Shown here one piece after another: positions 44,356 through 54,892 of a stretch of 64,000 nucleotides of DNA. This DNA is from Halarcobacter sp. GTDB lineage: Bacteria > Campylobacterota > Campylobacteria > Campylobacterales > Arcobacteraceae. The notes beneath the pieces are model-generated. The model was not told the DNA's origin, made no database searches, and worked only from the letters and a program-made list of their open reading frames with translations. Position numbers and translations under genes: made by a program. The stretch is taken from positions 559,314-623,313 of the forward strand of contig CBDEWB010000018.1 in assembly GCA_965243765.1 (NCBI GenBank). The letters run 5' to 3'. Position 1 is the stretch's first letter. Each line of letters starts with the position of its first letter.

Positions 44356-46227
44356 ATGAGTAGTACCCAAGAATTAGAAACTAAGGTTTTAGCATTAAAA
44401 TATAGACCAAAAAAATTTGAAGATTTAGTTGGACAAAGTATTATTTCCCAAACATTAAGCCTTGCTCTTGATTCAAATAGATTATCTCATGCCTATTTAT
44501 TTTCTGGTTTAAGAGGTAGTGGAAAGACTTCAACTGCAAGAATTATGGCAAAAGCACTTTTATGTACTAATGGTCCTACTTCAAAACCTTGTGATGTATG
44601 TGAAAATTGTCAAAGTGCAAATACAAATAGACATTTAGATATTATAGAAATGGATGCTGCTAGTAATCGTGGTATTGATGATATTAAAGATTTGATTGAA
44701 CATACAAAATATAAACCAAGTAGTGCACGATTTAAAATATTTATAATCGATGAAGTTCATATGCTTACAACACAAGCTTTTAATGCTCTTTTAAAAACAC
44801 TTGAAGAGCCTCCTGGTTTTGTAAAGTTTATACTTGCAACTACAGATGCACTAAAATTACCAGCTACTATTTTAAGTAGAACACAACATTTCAGATTTAA
44901 TAAAATTTCTGTACCTGATGTAGTTCATCATCTTTCTCATATTTTAAATGAAGAGAATATAGAATTTGAAACTTCTGCTTTAGAGATATTAGCACGGAGT
45001 GGACAAGGAAGTTTAAGAGATACTTTAACTTTACTTGATCAAGCAATTATTTTTTCAAAGGGTAAAGTTACAACAACTGCTGTAGTAGATATGTTAGGGC
45101 TTATTGAGCCTGCACTTATGGATAAGTTATTTGATGTGATATTAAAAAAACAGGATATTATCGATCTTGTAAAAGAGCTTGAAAACTACGAGATATCTGA
45201 AGTTTGTAATGAAATGACAATTTATTTAAAAGATAAGATGCTTAGTAAAGATGCAAAGTTTGACTTACTTTTATTTGATAGATTTTTTAGAATTTTAAGT
45301 GATGCAAAACATCTTTTAGCTTTGAACTCTGATGGTGGTTTTGTACTTATTTTAACTTTATCAAAAATGATAGAAGCTACAAATTTAAAAACTATTGAAC
45401 AAATTATAAATCAAGTAGAACAAATTGAAGTAAAAGCAGTAATGAAAAAGGCTGTTTCTCTTGAGAAAGTAATAAATCATGCTTATGATGATAAAATAGT
45501 TCCTTTAACTAAAGAACAGAATCAAAATGAAAAACTGATGAATGAAGCTGTTAAAAAAGAGATACCACTTGAACAAGAAAATACTATTTCAACAGATATA
45601 ATTGATGCAGTTGGGATTGATATTCCTATTTCTGTAAATAATTTAGAAAAAAATGATTTTTCTAACCCTTTTGATGAGCCAAATAATATCGAAGTTATAA
45701 AAGAAGAAGAAGTAAATCCAAATAAAAAACTTTATAAAATTCTTACTACAAAAGTTTATGAAAGGGATTATGACTTAGGTGAACTTTTTGAAAAGAATTT
45801 TATATATAAAAGTTTTGAAAATAAAAAGTTAGAGATAGTTTCACATGCCAAAGATGATGATCGGGAATTTTTGTTTAAACATTTTGGAGTTATTAAGATG
45901 TTTATCTATGATGTTTTTGGATCTGATATAGATTTTGATTTTATTAAAGCAGAGACTCCTTTAAAGTCTCAAAAAAAAAACTATGAAATAAATAGAAAAA
46001 TAGAACAAAATAGAAACATTCATAATGAAGATAATTCAGAAAATGTTGGTTCGATGTTAGAAGATATAGAGATGGGTTTAGGTTGTGTGGCAAATATGGG
46101 AAAAACTTTGAATCCTACTCCTGTAGAACAAGAGCTTCAAATTGAAGATATTTTAAATTCAAATATGTTAAATAAAGCAAAAGAACTTTTTGATCTTAGA
46201 AAGATAAAAGTTAAGACTAAAACGTAA
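44356..46227 (+). CDS. dnaX: DNA polymerase III subunit tau/gamma
   Basis: KYRP, GLRGSGKT, C4 zinc motif, MDAASNRG, IDEVHML, ILSRT. Confidence 0.97.
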   Translation: MSSTQELETKVLALKYRPKKFEDLVGQSIISQTLSLALDSNRLSHAYLFSGLRGSGKTSTARIMAKALLCTNGPTSKPCDVCENCQSANTNRHLDIIEMDAASNRGIDDIKDLIEHTKYKPSSARFKIFIIDEVHMLTTQAFNALLKTLEEPPGFVKFILATTDALKLPATILSRTQHFRFNKISVPDVVHHLSHILNEENIEFETSALEILARSGQGSLRDTLTLLDQAIIFSKGKVTTTAVVDMLGLIEPALMDKLFDVILKKQDIIDLVKELENYEISEVCNEMTIYLKDKMLSKDAKFDLLLFDRFFRILSDAKHLLALNSDGGFVLILTLSKMIEATNLKTIEQIINQVEQIEVKAVMKKAVSLEKVINHAYDDKIVPLTKEQNQNEKLMNEAVKKEIPLEQENTISTDIIDAVGIDIPISVNNLEKNDFSNPFDEPNNIEVIKEEEVNPNKKLYKILTTKVYERDYDLGELFEKNFIYKSFENKKLEIVSHAKDDDREFLFKHFGVIKMFIYDVFGSDIDFDFIKAETPLKSQKKNYEINRKIEQNRNIHNEDNSENVGSMLEDIEMGLGCVANMGKTLNPTPVEQELQIEDILNSNMLNKAKELFDLRKIKVKTKT

Positions 46228-46279
46228 AGATTAAGTTTTACTAGAATATAATATTACACAAAAATTATAAGGAGATTTA

Positions 46280-47119
46280 ATGTTATCAATGACAAAAGTA
46301 TTTGTATTAGGCGCATTATTAGTTAGTACTTCAATATTTGCAAATAATATTGATGATAAAGTTATAGGCTTTGAGAAAAAAATATTTTCACAAAATAAAA
46401 ATATAAAAATAAAAAATGTATCAATTAACATGAAAAAACAGATGCCTCAAAAAGGTTGGTATGGATATATTATTGACTTAAATATAACAATTGCAGGAAA
46501 TGACATTAAAGCAAAAGATATAGTTTTTGCAAATGAAAATTTTATTACTCCTGAGCTTTTTGATATTAATAGTTCAAAGTCATTAAAAGATTTACTTACT
46601 CCAAAATTAACTAAAAAGTATTATACTGAAAGTAAACTGATTGCAGGAAATCATAATGCAAAAAATAAAATAGTAATATTCTCTGATCCTTTATGCCCAT
46701 TTTGTATAAATTATGTGCCAGATATTATAGAGTTTGTAAATAAAAACTCAAATAATATTTCTTTATACTATTATCACTATCCAATACTAAAAGCACATCC
46801 AGCATCTTCTGTTTTGATAAAACTTATGAATGTAGCTAAAGAAAAAAACATAAAAGATATTGAATTAAAAGTTTATAATGTAAACTGGGATAAATATTTT
46901 TCTTCAAAAGAGAAAAGTTCAAAAAAAATATTAGAATCTTTTAATAAAAAGTTTAATACTTCTATAAAATTAAAAGATATTAATAATAAAAAAATCAATG
47001 ATGAAATACAAAAAGATATACAAATGGCTGAAGATGTGATGGTACATAGTACACCAACTATTTTTATAAATGGTGAAATAGATAAAACAAAACTAAAATA
47101 TGAAACTTTAGGGAAATAA
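46280..47119 (+). CDS. Exported DsbA/thioredoxin-fold protein
   Basis: Signal peptide, FSDPLCPFC, STPTIFING. Confidence 0.85.
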   Translation: MLSMTKVFVLGALLVSTSIFANNIDDKVIGFEKKIFSQNKNIKIKNVSINMKKQMPQKGWYGYIIDLNITIAGNDIKAKDIVFANENFITPELFDINSSKSLKDLLTPKLTKKYYTESKLIAGNHNAKNKIVIFSDPLCPFCINYVPDIIEFVNKNSNNISLYYYHYPILKAHPASSVLIKLMNVAKEKNIKDIELKVYNVNWDKYFSSKEKSSKKILESFNKKFNTSIKLKDINNKKINDEIQKDIQMAEDVMVHSTPTIFINGEIDKTKLKYETLGK

Positions 47120-47122
47120 AAG

Positions 47123-48061
47123 ATGGATAAATTAATAATTGCAACAAGAAGAAGCCAATTAGCATTATGGCAAAGTGAGTATATAAAAACTGAATTAAAA
47201 AAGTTTTATCCTGATATGGAAGTTGAGCTAAAGAAATTTATAACAAAAGGTGATAAAATTTTAGATGTTCCTCTAGCAAAAATTGGTGGAAAAGGGCTTT
47301 TTACAAAAGAACTTGAAGTTGCTATGTTAGAAGGAGAAGCTCATTTAGCAGTACATAGTTTAAAAGATGTACCTACACAATTTGAAGATGGTTTACAATT
47401 AGCTGCTGTTACTAAAAGATGTGATCCAAGAGATGCATTTTTAAGCAATAATTATTCTTCTTTAGATGATTTACCACAAGGTGCAGTAGTTGGAACTACG
47501 TCTTTAAGAAGAAGAATGACCTTAAAACTTTTAAGACCTGATATTACTTTAAAAGATTTAAGAGGAAATATTAATACTAGAATTGCTAAGCTAAATGCAG
47601 GTGAATATGATGCTATTATTTTAGCAGCAACAGGTATAAAAAAACTTGGTATTGAAGATGAAGTTAAATATTTTGTACCAATTAATACAGATATTATGAT
47701 TCCATCAATGGGGCAAGCTACTTTAGGAATTGAAACTACAACAAATCCTGAAATTGTAAAGATAGTATCTGTTTTAAATGATAAAGATGCTCATATTGAA
47801 TCTACAATTGAAAGATCTTTTGTAGATACACTGCAAGGTGGTTGTCAAGTTCCAATTGGTGTAAAAGCTACAATAATTGACAAGAATTCTATTAGAGTTC
47901 AAGCAATCGTAGGACTTCCAGATGGTAGTGAATGTATAGAAGAAGATATTACAGCTAGTATAGAAGAGTTTGAAACGCTAGGTCAAAGTTTGGCTCAAAC
48001 TTTTATAGATCAAGGTGCTAAAGAGTTGCTTGAGCGTGCTGAAAAACTAGCTTTTAAATAA
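47123..48061 (+). CDS. hemC: Hydroxymethylbilane synthase
   Basis: ATRRSQLALWQ, GGKGLF, VHSLKDVP, GTTSLRR, RGNINTR, GGCQVP. Confidence 0.97.
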   Translation: MDKLIIATRRSQLALWQSEYIKTELKKFYPDMEVELKKFITKGDKILDVPLAKIGGKGLFTKELEVAMLEGEAHLAVHSLKDVPTQFEDGLQLAAVTKRCDPRDAFLSNNYSSLDDLPQGAVVGTTSLRRRMTLKLLRPDITLKDLRGNINTRIAKLNAGEYDAIILAATGIKKLGIEDEVKYFVPINTDIMIPSMGQATLGIETTTNPEIVKIVSVLNDKDAHIESTIERSFVDTLQGGCQVPIGVKATIIDKNSIRVQAIVGLPDGSECIEEDITASIEEFETLGQSLAQTFIDQGAKELLERAEKLAFK

Positions 48062-48086
48062 AGTTTAAACTCAAAAAAGGATTTAC

Positions 48087-48653
48087 ATGATGGAAAAAGT
48101 ACAGTTTATTACTAAAATTAATGTTAATGATTGTTTATTTTGTTTAGTTGATGTTCAAGAAAGACTTTATCCTTTTATGGAAAATAAAGAAGAGATTGAA
48201 AAAAATCTTCTTATTTTGATTAAAGGTTTACAACTTCACGAAGTGCCTTTTATTGTAAATGAGCAGTATAAAAAAGGTCTTGGGGAGACCTTATTATCAT
48301 TAAGAAAGTTAGTTGATAATTACCCTCATTTTGAAAAAACTACATTTTCTTGTTGTGGAAATGAAGAAACTTTAGAAGCTATAAAAAACTCTTCTAAGAA
48401 AATAGTGATTGTTGCAGGAATTGAAACTCATGTTTGTGTTATGCAGACTTGTTTAGATCTTCTTGAATCTGGTTTTCAACCTGTTATTGTAACTGATTGT
48501 GTAAGTTCACGAAAAGCAACAGATAAAGATATGGCAATTCAAAGATTAATTCAAGCAGGTGTAATTCCTACAACTTATGAATCTCTTCTTTTTGAATTAA
48601 CTTCAAGTTCAAAACATCCACAATTTAAAGATATTTCATCTTTAGTTAAATAG
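48087..48653 (+). CDS. Isochorismatase-family hydrolase
   Basis: VDVQERL, EQYKKGLG, KTTFSCC, GIETHVCV. Confidence 0.9.
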   Translation: MMEKVQFITKINVNDCLFCLVDVQERLYPFMENKEEIEKNLLILIKGLQLHEVPFIVNEQYKKGLGETLLSLRKLVDNYPHFEKTTFSCCGNEETLEAIKNSSKKIVIVAGIETHVCVMQTCLDLLESGFQPVIVTDCVSSRKATDKDMAIQRLIQAGVIPTTYESLLFELTSSSKHPQFKDISSLVK

Positions 48654-48668
48654 TTTTAAATAAAGATT

Positions 48669-48705
48669 AAAAAAAGGAAAAGAGTTTAACTCTTTTCCTT
48701 TTTTT
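48669..48705. terminator. Bidirectional intrinsic terminator between convergent genes
   Basis: AAAAAAAGGAAAAGAG-TTTAA-CTCTTTTCCTTTTTTT perfect stem. Confidence 0.88.
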
Positions 48706-48730
48706 ATGTATTTGTATTTTAAAGTAAGTC

Positions 48731-49906
48731 TTATTCCATAGTACCAGCAGGAACATGAACAGTTCCATCCATTATAATTCTAGCAGATCTGCTCATACTT
48801 ACTTTTTCAACTAGAAGCTTTCCATTTTGTTTTGAAATTACAGCTCCCACTTTAATAGCTCCAGAAGGATGTCCAAAAATGACTGTATCTTTATCTGCCC
48901 CACCTGCGGCTATATTTACTAAAGTTCCAGGAATACAAGCAGCAACTCCAATAGCAACAGAAGCTGTTCCCATCATTGCATGGTGTAATTGTTGCATAGA
49001 TAAAGCACGTACGTGTAAATCCATTTTTGAAGCTTTAACTGCTTTTCCACTTGAAGTTATAAAATCAGCTGCTTTTGATACAAAAGCAATTTTTGGAGTA
49101 TGTTGTTTTTCTTCTGCTTCTTTAGGATCTTTTATAAGACCCATTTTAAGTGCACCTGCAATTCTAATAGTTTCAAATCTTTTTAAAGCTTCAGTGTCAG
49201 AATTGATATCACCTTGAAGTTCTCTTCCTGTATATCCAATTTCATCTGCATTTAAGAAGATAATAGGAATTCCAGCTGTAATCATAGTAGCTTTAAATGT
49301 TCCAATTCCAGGAACTTCTAAGTCATCAACTAAATTTCCTGTTGGGAATAATTCTTCACTTGGATTAACAGGAGCAATGAATTCTAGTTTTATTTCTTGG
49401 GCAGGAAAAGCAAGCCCATCGATTTCATAATCACCCATTTCTTTAACCATTCCATTTTCCATAGTAACATAACAAAGAATAGTTTTTTTGATATTTGCTT
49501 GCCATATTCTTACACAACAAACACCATTTTGGGGAACATTATCTACCATTCCTTCATGTATAGCAAAAGGACCAACAGCAGAGCTTAGGTTTCCACAATT
49601 TCCACTCATATCAACAAAATTTTTATCAATTGCAACTTGGCAAAAATAATAATCTACATCATGACCAACAACTTCTGACTTTCCTACTAAGATAGCTTTT
49701 GAAGTACTAGAAGATGCGCCTCCCATACCATCCATTTGTTTTTTATAAACATCTGGTGAACCTACAATTCGTTGAATAAGTTTATCTCTTTTTTTTGTAT
49801 CTTCTTGTGCTTCTTTTGGTAAATCTGCAATATTAAAAAAAATACCTTTAGAAGTTCCACCTCTCATATATGTTGCTTTTACTTTAAATTGTGGTTCATA
49901 ACTCAT
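48731..49906 (-). CDS. prpF: 2-methylaconitate cis-trans isomerase
   Basis: YMRGGTSKG, SGNCGNL, HHAMMGT, GHPSG, SRSAR. Confidence 0.95.
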   Translation of the reverse strand: MSYEPQFKVKATYMRGGTSKGIFFNIADLPKEAQEDTKKRDKLIQRIVGSPDVYKKQMDGMGGASSSTSKAILVGKSEVVGHDVDYYFCQVAIDKNFVDMSGNCGNLSSAVGPFAIHEGMVDNVPQNGVCCVRIWQANIKKTILCYVTMENGMVKEMGDYEIDGLAFPAQEIKLEFIAPVNPSEELFPTGNLVDDLEVPGIGTFKATMITAGIPIIFLNADEIGYTGRELQGDINSDTEALKRFETIRIAGALKMGLIKDPKEAEEKQHTPKIAFVSKAADFITSSGKAVKASKMDLHVRALSMQQLHHAMMGTASVAIGVAACIPGTLVNIAAGGADKDTVIFGHPSGAIKVGAVISKQNGKLLVEKVSMSRSARIIMDGTVHVPAGTME

Positions 49907-49964
49907 TAAATATCCTTTAAAAAAATGTATACAAAAATCTTTTTAATTTCTTTATATAGTTTTA

Positions 49965-52571
49965 TTATTTACTAGCTACGAAATCTTTAGCAAATTTTTG
50001 TAAGATTCCACCAGCATTATATACTTCAACTTCAGCAGAAGTATCTAATCTACAAGTAACAGGAATATTTATAACTTCCCCATTAGCTCTTGTCATGATA
50101 ACGTTTAAATCACCTCTTGCTTTAATTTCACCAGAAACTTCATAAGATTCAAATCCATCAATATTATAAGTATGTCTAGTATCTCCATTTTTAAATTGTA
50201 ATGGTAAAACTCCAATTCCAACAAGATTTGTTCTATGAATTCTCTCAATTGATTCAGCAATTAAAACTTCAACACCAGCAAGTCTAATACCTTTAGCCGC
50301 CCAATCCCTAGAAGACCCTTGCCCATAGTTAGTTCCAGCTATTATGATTAATGGTTGTTTTCTTTCCATATATGTTTCAATTGCTTCCCACATTCTACTC
50401 TTTTTACCTTCTGGCATAATAGTAGTTAAAGACCCTTGCTTAGTATCTCCATTTTCATCTTTAACCATTTCATTATATAGTTTTGGATTAGCCAGAGTTG
50501 CTCTTTGAGCAGTATAATGATCCCCTCTATGTGTTGCATAAGAGTTTAAGTCATTTATAGGTAAACCCATTTTAAGACAATATTGTCCTGCAGCACTTTC
50601 AGGTAAAATCGCATTTGATGGTGATAAATGATCAGTAGTGATATTATCAGGAAATACACCTAAAGGTAACATGTTTTTTAAAGCTGGTTTACCCATAAAT
50701 TTATCTTCCCAATAAGGTGGTTTATTTATATATGTACTTTGTCTGTTCCATTTATAAAATGGTGATATTTCTATATCACCTAATACTCTTTTTGCAAACA
50801 TTGGATCATAAATCTTTGCAAACATTTCAGGTCTAACAGAAGCTTTTTCAACTGCATTAATTTCTTCATCACTTGGCCATAAATCTTTTAATATAATTAG
50901 ATTTCCATTTTTATCATTTCCTAAAGAATCCTTTTCAATGTCAAATCTAATAGAACCAGCCAAGGCATAAGCTACAACCAATGGAGGTGATGCTAAAAAT
51001 GCTTCTTTTACATATGGATGAATTCTTCCATCAAAATTTCTATTTCCTGATAAAACAGCAGTTGAATAAATATCTTTATCAATTACTTCTTTTTGAATAA
51101 CAGGATCTAAAGCACCGCTCATACCGTTACAAGTAGTACAAGCAAAACCTACTATTCCAAATCCTAATTTTTCTAATTCAGGAAGAAGTTTAGAGTCTTT
51201 TAAATACTCTTCAACTATTTTAGAACCAGGTGCAAGTGATGTTTTAACCCATGGTTTTCTTTTCAATCCTAATTCATTTGCTTTTTTTGCAACTAAACCA
51301 GCAGCAATAACATTTCTAGGATTTGAAGTATTTGTACATGAAGTAATTGCAGCAATTAAAATTGCACCATCTGGCATATCAGTTTCACCAATTTCAACAC
51401 TAGAATCAGCAATTCCTTCAGCTTTCAGACTTGAAATAGGTACAAGTTTATGAGGTTTAGAAGGACCTGCTAATGATCTTGTAACACTTGATAAATCAAA
51501 TGTTAATTCTCTTGCATATGTAGCTTCGCTTAAAGAACTTGCCCATAAACCATTTGCTTTTGCATAAGCTTCAACTAGTTTAACTTGTTTTGATTCTCTT
51601 CTTGTTAAAGTTAAATAATCTAAAGTTTGTTCATCAATTCCAAACATAGCTGCACTTGCTCCATATTCAGGAGTCATATTAGAAATAGTAGCACGATCTC
51701 CTAAGTTCAAGTACTCTAAACCTTGACCATAGAATTCTAAGTAAGCAGAAATAACATTTTGATCTCGCAAATATGATGTTAAAGTAAGTGCAATATCAGT
51801 TGCAGTAATTCCAGCAGCTCTTTTTCCTACTACATTTATACCTATAATTTCAGGAGTTCTCATATAAGATGGATTTCCAAGCATTACATTTTCAGCCTCT
51901 AATCCACCAACACCAATAGCTAAAACACCAAGTGCATCAACATGAGGGGTATGTGAATCTGTTCCAACTAGTGTATCAGGAGATGCAATTCCATCAACAT
52001 TATGAATAACAGGAGACATTTTTTCTAAGTTGATTTGATGCATAATACCATTTCCTGGAGGAATAACATCTACATTATCAAAAGCTTCTTTTGCCCAGTT
52101 AATAAAGTGGAATCTATCTGCATTTCTTCTATCTTCAATATCTCTATTTTTTTGGAAAGCATCTTTTTCAAATCCACCACACTCAACAGCTAAAGAGTGA
52201 TCAACTATAAGTTGTATAGGAACAACAGGATTAACTTTTTTAGGATCTCCACTAGCATCAGCAATTGCTTCTCTTAAGCCTGCTAAATCTACTAAAGCAG
52301 TAAGTCCTAAAATATCATGTGTAACAACTCTACTTGGGTACCAAGGAAAATCTTGATCAGTTCTTTTTTCAATTAATTGAATAAGTGAATCTTTTAAATC
52401 TTCACTTGGACATTTTCGCAAAAGGTTTTCAGCTAGTACTCTTGAAGTATAGTTAAGTTTAGAAAAACTTCCTTCTTTAATATCTTCAACAGCTGCTTTT
52501 ACATCATAAAAGCTTGTATCAAAACCTTCTAATTTTTTAAGATATTTATCATTTGTCATATTTATATCCAT
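49965..52571 (-). CDS. acnD: Fe/S-dependent 2-methylisocitrate dehydratase
   Basis: VLAENLLR, TDSHT, ITSCTN, CTTCNGMSG, TTDHLSP, QGSSRDWAAK; adjacent to prpF. Confidence 0.95.
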   Translation of the reverse strand: MDINMTNDKYLKKLEGFDTSFYDVKAAVEDIKEGSFSKLNYTSRVLAENLLRKCPSEDLKDSLIQLIEKRTDQDFPWYPSRVVTHDILGLTALVDLAGLREAIADASGDPKKVNPVVPIQLIVDHSLAVECGGFEKDAFQKNRDIEDRRNADRFHFINWAKEAFDNVDVIPPGNGIMHQINLEKMSPVIHNVDGIASPDTLVGTDSHTPHVDALGVLAIGVGGLEAENVMLGNPSYMRTPEIIGINVVGKRAAGITATDIALTLTSYLRDQNVISAYLEFYGQGLEYLNLGDRATISNMTPEYGASAAMFGIDEQTLDYLTLTRRESKQVKLVEAYAKANGLWASSLSEATYARELTFDLSSVTRSLAGPSKPHKLVPISSLKAEGIADSSVEIGETDMPDGAILIAAITSCTNTSNPRNVIAAGLVAKKANELGLKRKPWVKTSLAPGSKIVEEYLKDSKLLPELEKLGFGIVGFACTTCNGMSGALDPVIQKEVIDKDIYSTAVLSGNRNFDGRIHPYVKEAFLASPPLVVAYALAGSIRFDIEKDSLGNDKNGNLIILKDLWPSDEEINAVEKASVRPEMFAKIYDPMFAKRVLGDIEISPFYKWNRQSTYINKPPYWEDKFMGKPALKNMLPLGVFPDNITTDHLSPSNAILPESAAGQYCLKMGLPINDLNSYATHRGDHYTAQRATLANPKLYNEMVKDENGDTKQGSLTTIMPEGKKSRMWEAIETYMERKQPLIIIAGTNYGQGSSRDWAAKGIRLAGVEVLIAESIERIHRTNLVGIGVLPLQFKNGDTRHTYNIDGFESYEVSGEIKARGDLNVIMTRANGEVINIPVTCRLDTSAEVEVYNAGGILQKFAKDFVASK

Positions 52572-52585
52572 TTAGTTTAAATTAA

Positions 52586-52610
52586 TAAAGATGAGCTTTG
52601 CTCATCTTTA
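52586..52610. other. Perfect 11-bp hairpin between prpC and acnD
   Basis: TAAAGATGAGC-TTT-GCTCATCTTTA. Confidence 0.7.
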
Positions 52611-52656
52611 TAGTGTTTGCCAAAGAGGCACTAGAATATTATAAAGTATTTAAGTT

Positions 52657-53805
52657 TTATCTGTCTTCTAGTGGAATAAATTTTAATCCTTCAGGTCCTG
52701 TGTAAGTCGCAGATGGTCTAATGATTTTACCATCTTCTCTTTGCTCAATTACATGTGCACCCCATCCAGTAACTCTTGCTATAATAAAAATTGGAGTAAA
52801 CATATCTGTTGGAATTTTCATTTGATTATATGAAATTGCAGAGAACCAGTCAAGATTTGGGAACATTTTCTTTTGTTCCCACATAATTGTTTCAATTCTT
52901 TCAGCCACATCATACATTAGCATATCATTATTTTCTTCTGCTAAATTTTTAGCAACTTTTTTAATAACTACATTTCTTGGATCACTTGTAGTATAAACAG
53001 GATGTCCAAAACCAATAATAATTTCTTTTTTTGCCATTCTTGCCTTGATGTCAGCCTCTGCTTCATCTGCTGTTGAATATCTTTCTTGAATTCTGAATGC
53101 AACTTCATTGGCTCCACCATGTTTTGAACCTCTTAAAGCTCCAATTGAACCAGTGATACATGAGAACATATCTGAATTTGTTCCAGCAATTACTCTTGAA
53201 GTAAAAGTTGAAGCGTTAAACTCATGTTCTGCATAAAGGATTAAAGATACATGCATGGCTTTTACCCAAGATTCTTTTGGTTTTTCACCATGTAATAAGT
53301 GTAAGAAATGTCCACCAACTGTATCATCATCAGTTACTATATCAATTCTTTTATTATTATACGCAAAGTGGTACCAGTATAAAAGTATAGAAGAAAATGA
53401 TCCCATTAATCTATTAATAATATCTTGTGCAGCAGCTTTTGGATGAGCCTCATCTTCAGATTCAATAGTACCAAGTACTGAACAACCTGTTCTCATAACA
53501 TCCATTGGATGAGAAGTTTTTGGTAGTTGCTCTAATGCAACTTTTACACCATTTGGAATATCTCTAAAAGATCTAAGTTTTTCTTTATATGCTTTTAACT
53601 CTTCAATATTTGGTAATTTTTCATGAACAATTAAATATGCAATCTCTTCAAATTCAGCTTTGTCAGCAAATTCTAAGATGTCATATCCTCTATAATGTAA
53701 ATCATTTCCAGTTTTTCCAACTGTACAAATTGCAGTATTCCCAGCAGATGTGCCTGAAAGTGCAACAGATTTTTTTGGTTTAAATCCTGTAGTTGTAGTA
53801 CTCAT
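52657..53805 (-). CDS. prpC: 2-methylcitrate synthase
   Basis: [37 protein letters not shown]. Confidence 0.94.
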   Translation of the reverse strand: MSTTTTGFKPKKSVALSGTSAGNTAICTVGKTGNDLHYRGYDILEFADKAEFEEIAYLIVHEKLPNIEELKAYKEKLRSFRDIPNGVKVALEQLPKTSHPMDVMRTGCSVLGTIESEDEAHPKAAAQDIINRLMGSFSSILLYWYHFAYNNKRIDIVTDDDTVGGHFLHLLHGEKPKESWVKAMHVSLILYAEHEFNASTFTSRVIAGTNSDMFSCITGSIGALRGSKHGGANEVAFRIQERYSTADEAEADIKARMAKKEIIIGFGHPVYTTSDPRNVVIKKVAKNLAEENNDMLMYDVAERIETIMWEQKKMFPNLDWFSAISYNQMKIPTDMFTPIFIIARVTGWGAHVIEQREDGKIIRPSATYTGPEGLKFIPLEDR

Positions 53806-53839
53806 AGTTCTTCCTTGGTATTTATTTTCTTAATTTGAA

Positions 53840-54718
53840 TTATTTAGCTTTACCTTTTGAAAATAGTGTATCCATCTTATTTTCATATTCATGGTAACCT
53901 AACATATCGTATAATTCCATTCTAGTTTGCATAATATCTAACGTACCTTCTTGTGTACCTTTCTCTCTTAAGTCTTGATATACAGTTAAAGCGGCTTTGT
54001 TCATTGCTCTAAAGGCTGATAATGGATATAAAACCATTGAAATTCCAACTAAACCTAATTCTTCAGTAGTAAACATTGGAGTTGAACCAAACTCAGTAAT
54101 ATTTGCTAGTACTGGAACTTTGATTACATTTGTGAACTCTTTGTACTCTTTAAGTGTATGAATTGCTTCTGCAAAAATCATATCAGCTCCTGCTTCAACA
54201 TAAGCTAATGCTCTGTCAATTGCAGCTTGTTGACCTTCACTAGCATGAGCATCAGTTCTAGCCATAATAACAAAATCAGGATCTGTTTTTGCATCAACAG
54301 CAGCAATAATTCTATCACACATTTCTTGAGTTGAAACTAACTTTTTATTAGGTCTGTGTCCACATCTTTTTGCAGCAACTTGATCTTCAAGATGAATTCC
54401 AGCAGCTCCAGCTTTAGTCATTTCTCTTACAGTTCTTGCAATATTAAATGCATGTCCCCAACCAGTATCAGCATCAACTAATAATGGAACATCAGTAATA
54501 GAAGTAATTCTTCTAATATCAATACAAACATCTTCTAACATAGTCATACCTAAATCAGGTAAACCGTAAGATGAATTTGCAACACCTGCGCCTGAAAGGT
54601 ATAAGGCTTTATAACCTACTTTTGTAGCTTGTAATGCTGAATATGCATTTACTGCACCAACAATTTGTAAAGGAGCCTCTTCATTTAATGCGTCTCTAAA
54701 TATTTTTCCTGCGCTCAT
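53840..54718 (-). CDS. prpB: Methylisocitrate lyase
   Basis: [25 protein letters not shown]. Confidence 0.96.
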   Translation of the reverse strand: MSAGKIFRDALNEEAPLQIVGAVNAYSALQATKVGYKALYLSGAGVANSSYGLPDLGMTMLEDVCIDIRRITSITDVPLLVDADTGWGHAFNIARTVREMTKAGAAGIHLEDQVAAKRCGHRPNKKLVSTQEMCDRIIAAVDAKTDPDFVIMARTDAHASEGQQAAIDRALAYVEAGADMIFAEAIHTLKEYKEFTNVIKVPVLANITEFGSTPMFTTEELGLVGISMVLYPLSAFRAMNKAALTVYQDLREKGTQEGTLDIMQTRMELYDMLGYHEYENKMDTLFSKGKAK

Positions 54719-54826
54719 ATATATCCTTCATGTTTTTATTTAGGTAAATTATACAAGAGTTTAATATAAATTGATTGTATAGTTTTTGTTTTAGAAATTA
54801 CAATTTTTTTACAAAAAAATGATTTT

Positions 54827-54867
54827 GTACAATATTTGGTCTTATGTCTTAAAATGGTACAATATTT
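54827..54867 (+). promoter_or_regulatory. Candidate operator or tandem promoter: GTACAATATTT repeated at 30-bp spacing
   Basis: GTACAATATTT at 54827-54837 and 54857-54867 in the prpB/regulator divergent region. Confidence 0.5.
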
Positions 54868-54892
54868 CAAATGTTTTGCTAGGGTTATAATT

